Positions 1 through 12,670 of a stretch of DNA of 64,000 nt are shown piece after piece. The stretch is from assembly GCF_006345805.1 (NCBI RefSeq), contig NC_042998.1, positions 155,806,001 through 155,870,000 of the forward strand. The letters are read 5' to 3'. The notes under the pieces are model-generated. The model saw only the letters and a program-made list of their open reading frames with translations, made no database searches and was not told the DNA's origin. This stretch comes from Octopus sinensis. Lineage: Eukaryota. Every line of letters starts with the position of its first letter. Positions within the stretch are counted from its first letter, which is position 1. The translations under genes were made by a program, and so were the position numbers.

Positions 1-217
1 GTCCGACCTTTTAAGGACAGCGAAGGAATTGCAAGGGAAGGCGGAAGCATGGGATCCCTATATGGTTCAGTCTCTCCAATTTAAAAATGCCATCGATGTT
101 GCTATGCAGACATATAAAACTCTCCTCACCACCATGAAGAAACAACGACGGCAACTTGCCATCACAATGTTCCTCAAGCCTATTAAGAAAGCCTTGCACG
201 AAGATATGACGCCCTAA
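1..217 (+). pseudogene. C-terminal fragment of a pogo/Tigger-like transposase
   Basis: ORF end SLQFKNAIDVAMQTYKTLLTTMKKQRRQLAITMFLKP resembles the pogo/Tigger C-terminal tail (..YK.L...KK..Q..I..F.K). The catalytic region lies outside the window. Confidence 0.5.
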
Positions 218-348
218 AACACCTGATGAAGAAGCGACACATGAAGAGCTTTAAATCTTCTTTGCTGTGCAGTCATTACCTTCATTATTTTCATCATCAT
301 CGTCTTAAATCAATATCATTCATTATTGGTACATTTTACTTTAATTTA

Positions 349-394
<46 letters not shown>
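349..394. repeat. (TAT)n microsatellite, probably the (TAA)n tail of the adjacent minus-strand SINE
   Basis: Perfect trinucleotide run abutting the SINE 3' end. Confidence 0.9.
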
Positions 395-395
<1 letters not shown>

Positions 396-602
396 TACTC
401 TAGAAACAAGGCCCGAAATTTTGGGAAGGGGGCCAGTCGATTAGATCGACCCCAGTATGCAAATGGTACTTAATTTATCGACCCCAAAAGGATGAAAGGC
501 TAAGTCGACCTCAGCGGAATTTGAACTCAGAACGTAAAGACAGACGAAATACCGCTAAGCATTTCGCCCGGCATGCTAACGTTTCTGCCAACTCGCCACC
601 TT
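395..602 (-). mobile_element. tRNA-derived SINE, family B
   Basis: Head GGCGAGTTGGCAGAAACGTTAGCA, B-box GTTCAAATTCC, central GCCTTTCATCCTTTTGGGGTCGATAAA. Other copies at about 40066-40260(+), 41230-41400(+), 57541-57752(-), 61870-62095(+) and 62790-63142(-). Confidence 0.85.
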
Positions 603-729
603 ATATAGATAAACATTATGTGTGTATGTGTGCATGTGTGTTCCCGTGTGTATGTATATGTGTATGTTTTTATATGTGTGTAGATGCATATATACCTATG
701 TCAAACTTCGTCTACGGGATTTCTTCCGA

Positions 730-1315
730 TCCATCACTTCTGAAAAGCAAAACCGGATTCAAACCTCCAATGAACAGGAATAAGCATTTATAGTAATATA
801 TTAATATAATGCGTCCAAAATGGTCAGGAAGCTCAAACGTTCAAACAAATCATGTAAAACCAAACATTACAAATGAAGAGCAAAATACATTGGAATGTCT
901 ACCGAAAGATTCCTCCATAGTCATTTAAGAAACTGAAAAACGAGGAGCTATTATACTGATGTACAAGATCCATTACAGGGAAATGGTTTTAGAATAACTA
1001 AATGACCAGCATTATTTTTAATTAGAAATCAATGTTTATAAACAAACAATGGACACAGATTTCCAAAACCATGTTGGCTTTGACGTAACCAGTCTCTACA
1101 CAAATATTACTTATGGAGTAGAGTTCTGTATAGAAAAATACCCATAAAGAATTCAGGAGAGATTCCTAAAAGAATTTATATTTGAAGGATTACGATTGGT
1201 GCAAGAAAACATTTATTTCTTTGATAACTAGTATTACGTACAAATACGAGGCAATGGGAACAAAAGATGCACTAATGTTTCCGACACTTGTAATAGGATT
1301 CCTGGAATAAAAAAA
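730..1315 (+). pseudogene. Degraded Penelope-like element reverse transcriptase fragment
   Basis: Broken frames read NITNEEQNTLECLPKDSSIVI*ETEKRGAIILM, FDVTSLYTNI and YYVQIRG-AMGT..LMFPTLVIGFLE, matching PLE RT motifs (NLT.EE..AL..L..D..IVIK.ADKG; SFDV.SLYTNI; G.AMG). Confidence 0.75.
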
Positions 1316-1329
1316 TTAGTAAAATTGTC

Positions 1330-1722
1330 TTTTACTATAGCCTCAGGTCGACAAAAGCCTTGTGGGTATATTTGGTATACAGAAACTGAAAGAAGCCTGT
1401 CGTATGTGCGTGTTTGTGTGTGTGTTCGTGCCTGTGTTTGTCCCCCACCTCCCACTTACAATAGTTGTTGGTGTATTTACATCCTTAGCGATTCGGCAAA
1501 CATGACTGATAGAACCAGGCTTTAAAAAAGTACTAGGGTAAATTATTTCGACTAAAATCCTTCAAGGCAGTACCCGAGCATGGGCATAGTCCCATGACTG
1601 AAACAGTTAAAAGAACAGGCTTTTAAAAAAGAAAAGTATTAGGGTCGATTATTTCGACTAAAATCCTTCAAGGCAGCATCCCAGCATGGCCGTAGTCTCA
1701 TGACTGAAACAGTTCAAAGAAT
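1330..1722 (+). mobile_element. SINE family A, 5'-truncated, with a tandemly duplicated 3' end
   Basis: GGAAACTGAAAGAAGCC body, internal GT-rich tract, and two copies of the CAGCATGGCC..ATGACTGAAACAG tail. Confidence 0.75.
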
Positions 1723-1920
1723 AATAGAATGTACAGGGGTTGGACAAAATAATGGAAACACCTAGCATCATAGCATCATAATTTTGGAATATCTATAAAA
1801 CCGTCAAAAGCTTGTTCCTTTTTGTTTTTTGATCTATTATTAGTGTTGCTTAATATGTTTGGCTAAAATTGCTGTTTATTTTCAGGTATCATCAGAAAAA
1901 GGTAATTAAAATTCATTAAA

Positions 1921-3410
1921 ATGACAGATCTATCGGACTTTCAAAGAGGTCAAATTGTTGGTGCTCGTATGGCAGGCGCTAGTGTAATGAAAACAGCTGA
2001 AATGTTTGGTGTATCAAGAAGTACTGTCTCGAAAGTAATGACAGCCTTTGAGAAAGAAGGAAAAACCTCCTCCTCAATACAAAACTCCGGAAGAAAATCA
2101 AAACTTTCAGATAGGGGCCGTCGGACTCTTACGTGAATTGTTAGAAAGGATCACAAAATACAGCTCCCAAAATTACTACATAGCTTAATGACCACCCCGA
2201 GAACCCAGTTTCCACAAAAACCTCTCGCCGGGAGCTGCACAAAGCCAGATTTCACGGAAGGGCTACAATCAGAAAACCACTACTTTCAAAAACATACGTT
2301 GCAAAGCATTTACAGTGGAGTTAAAACTTACAGAATTGGTCCCTAGAGCAGTGGAAGAATGTTATTTTCTCAGACAAGTCATCCTTTACCTTCTTTTCGA
2401 CCACCAGCCGAGTATACATGTGGATACAGCCAAAAGAAGCATTTGACTCAGACTGCCTTCTCCAACAGTTAAACATAGAGGAAGATCTGCGATGATCTGG
2501 GGTGGGGGTATATCTTGGAAATCTGCCGGCTCAATGGCTTCCCTTCATGGCAGAATAAATAGTCAAGACTATTTAAGCACTTTATCTGATCAAATTCATC
2601 TTATGGTTGTGGAACTGTTTCCGGAGGGAAACGCAATCTTTCAGGATGATAATGCACCAATCCACACAGCTAAAGTTGTTACTGAATAGTATGAGGAACA
2701 TTCTAGTGAAGTTCAACATCTTATTTGGTCACCACAGTCCCCAGATTTCAATATTATTGAACATTTCAGATCTCAATATTATTGAACAAATCAAACAAAA
2801 TCAAAATAGATGAACATCAATGGAATTTGTATCTTTGTGGTACCAGTGCCGGTGGCACACAAAAAAACCATCCGAACGTGGCCGTAGCCAGTACCGCATC
2901 GACTGGCCTCCGTGCTGTGGGCATGTAACAAACACCATCCGATCGTGGCAGTTCGCCAGCCTCATCTGGCACCTGTGTCGGTGGCACATAAAAAACACCA
3001 TCTGAGCGTGGCCGTCTGCCAGCCTCGTCTGGCACCTGTGTCGGTGGCACATAAAATCACCCACTACACTCTCGGAGTGGTTGGCGTTAGGAAGGGCATC
3101 CAGCTGTAGAAACACTGCCAGATCTGACTGGCCTGGTGCAGCCTTCGGGCTCCCCAGACCCCAGTTGAACCGTCCAACCCATGCTAGCATGGAAAGCGGA
3201 CGTTAAATGATGATGATGATGATGATGATTTATGGTGAATTTTAGAAAAGGAGTCGATATCCTCCACCATCATCACTACAAGAACTGGAGACTGTTTTAG
3301 CTGAAGAATGGACAAAAATTCCTTTGGAAACAATTCAAACTTTTTCCGAGTCCATACCTCGTAGAATTCAAGCTGTAATTACTGCCAAAGGCGGTCCTAC
3401 CCTATATTAA
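1921..3410 (+). pseudogene. Tc1 DD34E transposase pseudogene
   Basis: MTDLSDFQRGQIVG paired-like HTH, VIFSDKSSF, FQDDNAPIH, SPD.NIIEH, C-terminal AKGGPTLY*. Stops, frameshifts and a SINE insertion. Confidence 0.92.
2789..3228 (+). mobile_element. SINE family C with internal ~60-bp tandem repeats and a (GAT)n tail
   Basis: GGTTGGCGTTAGGAAGGGCATCCAGCTGTAGAAAC domain (V-SINE-like by recollection) and GGACGTTAAATGATGATG tail. Removing it restores the transposase reading EHLW. Second copy at 23588-23830(-). Confidence 0.8.
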
Positions 3411-3662
3411 AATAAATTTACTTGAAATTTTAAGTTGTTTCCATTATTTTGTCCAACCCCTGTATGCACATCCTTTCCTTTAATAAATATATCATAAAAT
3501 ATCTTCGAGTTTCGTTCCAGTTTACACCACAAGCAGCCCAACTTAATCCATAATCTTACACCATAATACGGCGACAATGGTGCCCAACACACTTCGCGAC
3601 AACCTCTTAACACTTAACAAAGAGAAAACTATACATATCCGGTCGATGCATTTTGTGTACTG

Positions 3663-3825
3663 GGCACAGGCAAGGTTGTGTGGTAAGAAGTTTGCTTCCA
3701 ACCACATGGTCTCGGGGTCAGTCCTACTGCATGGCACCTTGGTCTATAGTGTCTTTCACTATAGCCGCGAGCCAACCAAAGCCTTGCGAGTGGATTTGGT
3801 AGATGGAAACTGAAAGAAGCCCGTC

Positions 3826-3878
<53 letters not shown>

Positions 3879-4112
3879 AGTATGTATGTATGTATGCGTG
3901 TATATATGCCTATGTGTATGTGTCTTTTTGTCCCTCCACTACCGCTTGCCAACCGGTGTTGGAGTCTTTGCGTTCTCATAACTTAGCGGTTCGGCAAAAG
4001 AATAAGTACCAGGCTTTAAAAAATTGCTGAGTCGATTCTTTTGACTAAAAATTGAAGGCAGTGCCCCAGCATTGCCACAATCTAATGACTGAAACAAGTA
4101 AGAGATAAAAGA
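3663..4112 (+). mobile_element. SINE family A, full length, with internal (TA)n
   Basis: tRNA-like head GGCACAGG..GTGTGGTAAG, GGCACCTTGG, internal microsatellite, and 3' GGCAGTGCCCCAGCAT..TGACTGAAACAAG. Confidence 0.85.
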
Positions 4113-4437
4113 CACCAATGTACTCTTGTTTGTTTTACAAAATCTATATTGAATTCAAATGTACACATTCACACACACACACACACACACACACAGTGTC
4201 CGTTCGGACATATAGAAGAGTTTGCAAGAAGCAACGAAAATTTTGTTAATGTATCATGACACAAGGCCAGTCTATTAATTAAGTCTACAAGATTAAGTAC
4301 TTAAATGCATCAGATGGCATTATTTTGTTTCCAGAAATATATCTTGCAAATAAGGTGCCTATCTACTTTTACTTTTGAGATGTCATAATTATAATAGCAA
4401 TGACGGCAGCCCCAACAACATCAGTGGTAACAACAAC

Positions 4438-4762
4438 CACTTTGATATCGTATGGGGTCCCTTGATCTTTGAGGTGCCCTACATGGCTGGCCAGGTATAT
4501 GACGAATCGTCTTTCAGGGACCCTGAATGAAGATCTGACCCTGAGCCAATCCTAAACCCTGAGCCAACCAGAGATGCACCAATAATGTGAACACAGTCAA
4601 CACTTAAGCCTGGAAATACATTGGATCAGCCGGTACGGCATTCAAGCGATGCCTGTACAACCTCAGGTTTTCATTCAGGGTCCCTGAAAGACAATTCGTC
4701 ATATACCTGGCCAGTCATGTAGGGCACCTCAAAGATTAATGGACCCCATACGATATCAAGTG
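4438..4762. mobile_element. MITE-like foldback element with ~88-bp TIRs
   Basis: 4444-4531 and ~4669-4757 are inverted repeats (GATATCGTATGGGGTCC...GGACCCCATACGATATC) with a few mismatches. Confidence 0.8.
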
Positions 4763-5540
4763 GATGATCTTAGAACGGCCAGACTCCTACATCAATAAGA
4801 AAGCTTCGGCTTTCGTGGGTGTGAAACCATTGGATAAAGATTAAGATAGTTATGACCGTTTATTATGTTACCCAGGATTCTGTGTGCATAAAACTCTTGG
4901 CTTCATAACGTCTCATCAGACCCCAATGGCCGGTGGCCAATAACCTCTCTTGAAAATGGAGGAAGAAAAGGCCTCGTGGTTAGTTATTGAACACACAAAA
5001 GAGAAACGTCGAGCGCGGGGATTTGCCTCCCTTAGACTATCCACCCAGTCAGCTTGCGGATCCCAAAATTTCAGTAGGAAACGCCTGAAGTGTAAGCAGG
5101 GTCCGAAGGGTTCCATCCTGGAATCTAAGATTTCCGTGGGTCAAGTAAGTTCTTTAATATTATCGCCCGTTCCGCTATGCACAGCTTCCAACGCTTGCTC
5201 TTGTTGATGTAGGGACCCGGTTTTCTAGGATCTTCTATGCGATTAGAAGTGGAGTCCCTTCGTCTTTCAGGCGCCATACGTAGATGGACAAGGACGCATT
5301 ATCATTAGCGATGGTGCTGCTGCTATTTCTGCTATAGTTATTGGCGTTGCCATTCCTGCTATTAGAGTCAGATATCTCAGCCTCGTAAACGAGAAAAAAT
5401 AGAAGAGAGAGAGAGAAAAAAACACGTCCGGTCTTTTGAACGTCCGTGCAGGAAAAGAAAGCTGGACGATGGTCACATGTGAACAACGAGAGAGAGCAAA
5501 AGAGAAAGAGAGGGGAGAGACAGATAGAAAACGGTGAAAG

Positions 5541-5598
<58 letters not shown>

Positions 5599-6559
5599 CA
5601 AAAAATTCTTTAGCACATCTTTAATTATAAGTTGCAAATGTTTCCATACCATCCCTGTTTACAACGCCAGTTTACGCGAAAATTCTAAATGAAAAATATT
5701 TGCAGTTTTAGACTTTGGAGGGGCACTTCATCAGACTTGTGTGCTATTACATTGTGCGTCCTTCAGATCTTGTTGTTAGGAAAATATAGAGGGGGAAAAA
5801 AAAAACCAATTAATAGTGTGAGGAGAATGTTTCTTCTTCCTCTTCTCTTCTTTCCACTCCACTTCACAATATAATAGCACATCTTTGATGCAAGTCTGAG
5901 GAAGTACCTCTCCAATGTCTAAAACCGCAAATATTACGTGATTTTTCATTTAGGATTATCACGTAAATTGGTGTTGTAAATGGAGATGGGACGGAAATAT
6001 TTGTAACACAATTAAAGATGTGTTAGAGAATTTTCTTCATCTTTCATTGGATTATTTACTCATTGCCAAACCCACATGACGGTATAATCATCGTGAAACT
6101 TGCATTTTCTACATCTGAACTATTCTTAGTGTTCTTAGCCCAGTATTCGAGTCGAGCGCTTCTCTGGAAATACCCCAACTTCACACCCAACCTGACCATA
6201 GCGGTTTCTGGCCTCCAACCCTTTTTTCTGCAAAATACGGGTAGCTTATTCTGTTCAGGCTATATTATTAGCATTATCCTGCGTTTGAGAATTTAAAATC
6301 ACTTTATAATGGGACTAGAAGGTTCCTGACACCTGTGGAGTATCTCCTCCCTTTACAGTTATTTTTTCTAGCCTTAGGATTCTGGAACTCAAAGAAGTGG
6401 CTTACAAGCGGATGCAATTCAATGGTTGTTTATTTGGTTCTCATTTCATGGGATTTGCTCTCGGCGACCATCTGTATGTCAGTGCGTACTTCGTTAGCTC
6501 TGTTCGCGAGAGGTACATTACCTCTGGAGATAACGGGTAAAGTTAGAGCGGGTTAAGAA

Positions 6560-8100
6560 TCCGTTGTGAGCTGCTAGGTTGTAGTGTTGTTCAACGTGAG
6601 CGCCAACGCGAGAGAAGAGAACAGGTTGCTTAATACATTTCCATAAATAGATGTTGCTCACAATAGCCTCGCTGTGGTCTCGCGCGTGGCAAACATGGTT
6701 GTAGGCGAGATCTCGTTCTTGTCTCGGACCTGGCAATGGCCGCCGGCGAGATCTCGTACAAAATAGCGCTGGCTTCTTGTGTCACGCTACAGGGGCTCTC
6801 CGCTGAGAACGCCAGTGCGAAAATTAGAATGACTGGAGCATGCACAAGAAAGCAAAGATGGCCACCGATCATAAACAACAAGATGTGGTACAAAATATAA
6901 GGCAAAATGTGAAATTGAGAAAAAAATAATCACAGGCAATATATAAGGAGCGTGCACAAAATGTTATTTTACAGAGTTCAATGACAAGGCATTAGTACTG
7001 TTCAGCACACGAGAAACAATTGTCTATCACAGGAAGAAAAAGGAAAAAATTAGATGTAAATAGTTTTAGTGAGTTTTTTGGGGCCAATGCACAGTGTGGC
7101 CTGTCCTGGTGACATAGGGTTTGTTCGTGTTAGGTAGTGGCGATGAAGGTGGAGGTGTTGGTGATGGTCAAAGGTGCGTGTGCAGGTGAATGTGTAGGTG
7201 GTTGTAAAGGATCAAACGCGGGCGTGGTTGGGGTGTCCTCGAAGGGTGTGGACACCTCAAAATTTGTCCTTTTAAGTCTGTCGACCGACACGGTCTCTGC
7301 CCGACCATTGATTTCGAGACTAAAAGTTTTGGGTGTGCGTGATAACACACGAAATGGTCCCTTATAAGGAGAAACGAGAGGTCCTTTGACAGAATCATCG
7401 CGAATAAAAACGTGAATCCATTTGTCAATGTCCGGTGAGACGTGAGAGGGAATAGACTGGTCATGTGGATGCATGGGTGGAATACTTGAGAAATACGAGC
7501 GAAGTCTGGTGACATACGACGTTGGATCAGGACGCGATGAATTGTCTGGCGCCAACATTCATTGTACCAGGGAGTGCCAGAATGGTACCGTAAAGGAGCT
7601 CAGCAGAGGAGAAACCTAAATCTGTTTTAACAGCAGCGCGACAACCAAGAAGAACGATAGGGAGAAATTCTGTCCAAGACTGTGAATCAGGAGTGGCGAT
7701 AACAGCAGCTTTCAGTTGCCTGTGAAAACGTTCAACCATCCCGTTGGAAGCTGGTCGTGCAAATGTGATGAACGTCTAGGATTCGTGACAATTCACGAAA
7801 TAAGGAAGCTTCGAACTGGCATCCACGATCAGTAGTTATTTTAACTAGGACACCAAAGCGAGCAATCCAGTTAGAAACGAAAGCTCGAGCATCTGACTCA
7901 GCGGAAATGTCCACTATTGGAATGGCTTCAGGCCAACGAGAGAAACGATTGACGCATGTCAACATGTAAGAGAACCCGTGACTGACAAGCCATGGTCCAA
8001 TCAGATCAATGTGGACATGGCGAAAACGAGTCTCCAGCGGAGAAAACTGTCCAAGAGGAGCGCGAATGTGCCTGTAGACTTTAGAACGCTGGCATTTCAC
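6560..8100 (-). mobile_element. 3' fragment of a CsRn1-clade Ty3/Gypsy element (integrase, 3' UTR, PPT, start of 3' LTR)
   Basis: Integrase [35 protein letters not shown] is homologous to 52213-53292. On the minus strand a purine tract AGCGGAGAGCCCC precedes TGTAGCG at 6791. The left LTR boundary is uncertain. Confidence 0.85.
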
Positions 8101-8342
8101 ACTGTTATGTAATCATCACAACAAACATGAACAATCAACGTTGCCCATTGTCTCCCTTGATACAAGGACATTCAGTAAGTTTCCCGCCACAACAAATACC
8201 TTGTACAACAACGGCAGTCTAATAAAGTATCTCGTATCGTTAACACGTTTTTTCAGTATCTCTCATTTTCTTAATCTTTCATACTAAGTACTCACTACTT
8301 CCTTTAATACTCAATACATTATATATATATATAACAACAACA

Positions 8343-8353
8343 TGGTGTCAGAA
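8343..8353 (+). promoter_or_regulatory. Primer binding site, tRNA-Leu(CAA/CAG) type
   Basis: TGGTGTCAGAA immediately after the LTR is complementary to the ...TTCTGACACCA end of tRNA-Leu. Confidence 0.8.
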
Positions 8354-8420
8354 TACTAAAAGAACCCAAAATACAGAAACCAAAAGAAAAAAGAAGTTGA
8401 AATCATACTTCAAAGACGAA

Positions 8421-10885
8421 ATGGAAAATTTACCGCATCCAAAAGACCTAGACTTTAATCAGGAAAATCTAGCCGCCGCATGGAAAAAGTGGAAAAAAGA
8501 ATTCAATCTCTTTTTGATAGCAACAGAAAGTGACATGAAGCCAGACCAAGTAAAAACTTCAATGTTTTTAACTTGCATCGGTTCCAAAGGCCGAGACATC
8601 CATTCCACTCTGGATTTCGATTCATCCGACGAAGAAATGAACCTTCAAACAGTAATCGAAAAATTCGATGCATATTGTGAACCCAGGAAAAACATAACTT
8701 TCCTGAGACACAAATTCTTCACATGTGGACAAGCGGAACATCAAAAATTCGATGAGTACGTGGTAGAGTTGCGCCAAAAGGCACAACAGTGCGAATTCGG
8801 CAACCTCACAGACAGTCTCACCAAAGATATTCTGATATGTTGAATCAGAGACATGAGATTAAGAGAAAGACTATTGAGAGAACCAAATTTAGACTTACAA
8901 AAAACAATTCAAGCAGGTCAGAGTGCAGAGCAAACACGACTCCAATCAAAGATGCTGAATGCCACATCCGAAACAAGAGATAACGAAATCTCGAGGGTAT
9001 ATAGTCAACACGACAGAAAAGGCGCCAAAACTCAAATAACTCGCCATATGCAATCCAGACATCAAAACGAACAAGGCGGAAGTGACAGAAAGCCTGCGAA
9101 GTTTCAAGCGCCAAGTCAACACTACGTCACTAACTGTCACTATTGTGGTTATAATCACAAAAGAAATAAATGCCCAGCATTCCACAAGACATGTGAAAAA
9201 TGCAAGAAACAAGGACACTATGCAAAAATGTGCAAATCAAGAAAATTTGTACATAAAGTAGAGATACATACCGACGATGAATCAGATGACGATACACATG
9301 CACTCGAAATGATCACTGCAAATAATTCCCGCGTGCACAAAATCGAAAAGTTCAAGACTCCAAAAGACATTTGGACGGTCGAACTAAAAGTGAACAACTC
9401 GAATGTAACATTCAAAATTGATAATGGAGCAGACGTAACCGTACTGCCATTCAGAGAATATAGAAATATAATTCCAAAACCACAACTGCAAAAAACCTCA
9501 ACTCGATTATCAGCTTACAATAACACAGCTATAAAAGTGCTAGAAAAATGCACAGCAGTCATTAAATACAAAGAATTATAAAAACAAATAAAATTCATTG
9601 TTGCAAAAACCAACTCGCACGCAGTTATAGATGCAAAGACAGCTAAAGATCTGAACCTAATTAAGAGAATTTCAAAAATAAACTCGTCGAACACAAACGA
9701 CATAATAGAAAAATATGAAGACTGTTTCGGGGAAATCGGCACTTTGTCAATAACACATCATATCACAGTGGATCCACAAATAACTCCTGTAATTCATCCA
9801 CCAAGATCGGTTCCTTTTTCTATAAAAGAAAAACTCAACAAAGAATTAAAAAGAATGACAGAATTAGGTATCATAAAACCTGTTAGTGAACCTACAGACT
9901 GGGTAAATTCCCTAGTCATCGTTGAAAAAGCCAACGGAAAACTCCGACTCTGTTTAGACCCCAAGAATCTAAACAAAGCCATAAAAAGGCAACATTTCAA
10001 ACTCCCTACAGCGGAGGACATTTTTGCACAAATGCATAACCCTAAATATTTTTCGAAACTCGATGCATCTAATGGATACTGGCAAATTCCAGTTGACGAA
10101 GAAAGCTTCCATCTGTTAACGTTCAACACACCTTTTGGAAGGTATCGCTTCACACGACTACCCTTTGGAATTCACAGCGCCAGTGAAGTTTTCCAAAAAG
10201 AAATTGCAAAAATAATAGAAGGTATAGAAGGAGCAAGAAATTCACAGGATAACATCATAATCTGGTCCAGCACTTTAGAAGAACACACAAATCAACAAGT
10301 TTTCGATCGAATCCGAAAGCACGGATTAAAGTTAAATAAATCAAAGTGTATCTTCTATGAATCACAAATCACGTACCTTGGACATCTATTAACCAGCGAA
10401 GGGATAAAACAAGATCCAACCAAAGTACAAGCAATCATTCACATGCCACTGCCAACAAGTAAAAAAGAATTACAAAGATTCCTAGGTATGACAAATTACC
10501 TATGTAAATTTTTATCTAATTACTCCGAAGTTACAGCACCATTACGCCAGCTTCTACAGAGTGACACGTTATGGTCATTCGACAAACCACAAATCGAAGC
10601 AATAAAAAAGCTAAAAGAAATGATTACCAGAAAACCAGTGCTACAATTTTATAATCCAGATCTACCAATAAAAATAACTACAGATGCTAGTAAGCATGGG
10701 CTCTGAGCGATACTTGAGCAGAAACACAACGAAAGATGGCTACCTGTTTCGTTTGCATCTCGTGCAACAACTCAAGCAGAACAAAACTACTGTCCGATAG
10801 AGAGCGAAGCTCTCAGTATAGTTTTCGCATGCAAGAAATTTCATCAGTTTATATACGGAACTCATTTCAGAATTGTAAATAAGGA
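8421..10885 (+). pseudogene. gag-pol: Single-frame gag-pol with in-frame stops at 8841, 9579 and 10704
   Basis: ORF segments 8397, 8853 and 9744 share one frame. Mag-type CHYCGYNHKRNKC and CEKCKKQGHYAKMC knuckles, protease KIDNGAD, RT LDASNGYWQ and SQDNII (degenerate YxDD), RNase H TDAS. Confidence 0.9.
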
Positions 10886-11689
10886 CATGAAGGAGAAATT
10901 GGCAATTCCTTCACAAATATATTTAAAAGAATGAAAGGGGTACAACAGCACATTGCGAACGAAATTGAATCGGATATTTCTGTATCCGAAACCGAAAGCA
11001 GCGATTCTGAAGAAACTGAAAGAAGCATTAAGATGATTTACACCATAATGTTGTAAAAACTTTAAAAATGTTTTATTAACAATTTTTCTAAGGAGACAGG
11101 GTCTACCCACAGTCTTTCTCAGGAAGTGAAATCAATAGACTTATTATTATTATTATTTTTTCCAGCATGCTTATTTGAAGCGAGCACTGCGGAAACAAAC
11201 TGTTACGCAGAATGTAAAGAAGCTGGAAAAAAAAGATAGCTTGTGGTTACCCACAACCGTAGTAGAACTGGGGATGAACCACAATGCAGCTCTGGCCTAT
11301 AACGGTTATGTGCGAGAGGTATGCGCACATGACTTGCTCATGAACCCAGTTCAAATGAAACTAGTCTATATTCATGATTATTTTACAATTCAATTGAAAC
11401 TTATGAGGGGTGTAGTTTGGTCAGAAATATAGTACAATAATGCACTGTAGTCAGTTCCTTGACCCAAGAGTACAAAAAATGACTACAGTCTGCAGAGGAA
11501 GTGTGGTACCTTCTAGCCATGTCCCCTTTCAGATAGACACTCTCTCACAGCAACCTTTGCGACTACACCTCCAGCAAACATTCTTCTCTACCAATTTCTT
11601 TTTCATTAAGTGCCCTTTTCTACAATTTTTAGTACTGGGTATAATACTCTGCCAAGTATGCCTCCGCACCCTCCTCCGCTTTTATTACA

Positions 11690-12150
11690 TCAAACAACTT
11701 GCCTAGACTACTTATTTTGAAAAAACAAAGTAATTTACAATTCAAACAATATGTACACACACACACAAACAAAGTAAACCTAAAAGCAAACGAAAATACT
11801 TTAACAATTAACAAACAAAATAAACTGAAAGGCTAAAACCAAACGAAAATTATTTTATACACACGCGTATCTCAAACGAAATATGTCATAAATACCAGTG
11901 ACAAACGAAATATACACCGCCGGAACTTCCTGTTGACAAACAACAGCAGTAATTGTATTCATCTCAATAAACGTCATTGATTGGCTGAAATTGCCGAAAT
12001 ACGAGAAATTTAGCAACAAATAGCTTACAAACTACAGAATTTTCTCAAGAACGTATACTGGTAGAATGTGACACATTCTACCAGCATACGAAGTTTAGAA
12101 GTGTTTAGTTACAAAAATTTATTTTTTAAATCTGCCGGTCAAAGCAGGCA
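11690..12150. mobile_element. Partial copy (right arm) of the Merlin-like MITE family
   Basis: GACACATTCTACCAGCATACGAAGTTT subterminal motif and interior match 42480-42863. Confidence 0.65.
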
Positions 12151-12329
12151 ACAATGACACAAACGTTTCAGGTACAACAATAATAAACACACACTCCCAT
12201 CCAATAATTATTTGAAAAAATTGGGCTCTTGCCAATTGACTTTGGCTTACGGAGTTCTTGTTTTTATTGCTATCCAAAACCAGCCAGAAGGACAGACATA
12301 TTGTTGAGAAAAATAGATTTTGTTGGAGG

Positions 12330-12530
12330 TCTGTGACATCTCTATTCGATCTATTGGTAAAATAGACGTTAGAAGGGTCAAGCGGCAAAGATATTATTCT
12401 GCTTTAGCGATGGCATATGGCAAATATAACTGCTGTCACTCACAGAAAAACTATTGTTTTAACGTGAGAAAAGTGGTATTGAAACTTAGCGATCGAGGAT
12501 CGAATCCATGCTATGCCTGCATGAAGCCAC
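12330..12530 (-). mobile_element. Old tRNA-headed SINE-like repeat, family E
   Basis: Shares GGTCAAG(C/T)GGCAAAGATATTATTCTGCT..AGCGATGGC..CTGTCACTCA.AGAAAAACTATTG with 29350-29575, 34490-34600 and (inverted) 34850-35000. B-box-like GGATTCGATCC on the minus strand. Confidence 0.6.
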
Positions 12531-12670
12531 TACACATAATGTGTCAGTTGGAAAAGAGAAGAGACACAACCGAGTAGAAGGCTTAGAGAACATATATTCA
12601 TATATTTACATGCATCTCTGTGGGTTGTGCGTTTGCTGTTAACCATGGTAAGCGTATATAGAATTACTCC

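Larger units (their letters stand above)
1734..3462 (+). mobile_element. Tc1-family DNA transposon (non-functional, interrupted by a SINE)
   Basis: Perfect 27-bp TIRs CAGGGGTTGGACAAAATAATGGAAACA (1734-1760 and 3436-3462); TA target duplication at 1732-1733 and 3463-3464. Confidence 0.95.
8103..10885 (+). mobile_element. Mag-like Ty3/Gypsy element, 3'-truncated (5' LTR 8103-8342, gag, PR, RT, most of RNase H)
   Basis: TGTTA...AACA 240-bp LTR followed directly by the PBS. No integrase or 3' LTR. Confidence 0.9.

Noticed and set aside
2820-3060. CRISPR-like repeat array
   Set aside because: These are degenerate ~60-bp tandem units inside a eukaryotic SINE, with no unique spacers and no cas genes.
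4860-5500. GC-richer segment starting TGTTACCC, a possible solo LTR
   Set aside because: No matching CA end, TSD, second copy, PBS or PPT was found, so it is left unclassified.
5880-6560. Possible coding remnant
   Set aside because: Minus-strand frames translated by hand and the listed plus-strand ORFs gave no recognisable motif. It may be the remainder of the LTR ending at 6791.
10886-11155. Acidic C-terminus-like sequence (EIESDISVSETESSDSEE) of a possible DNA transposase
   Set aside because: Too short, with no catalytic motif or paired TIR.
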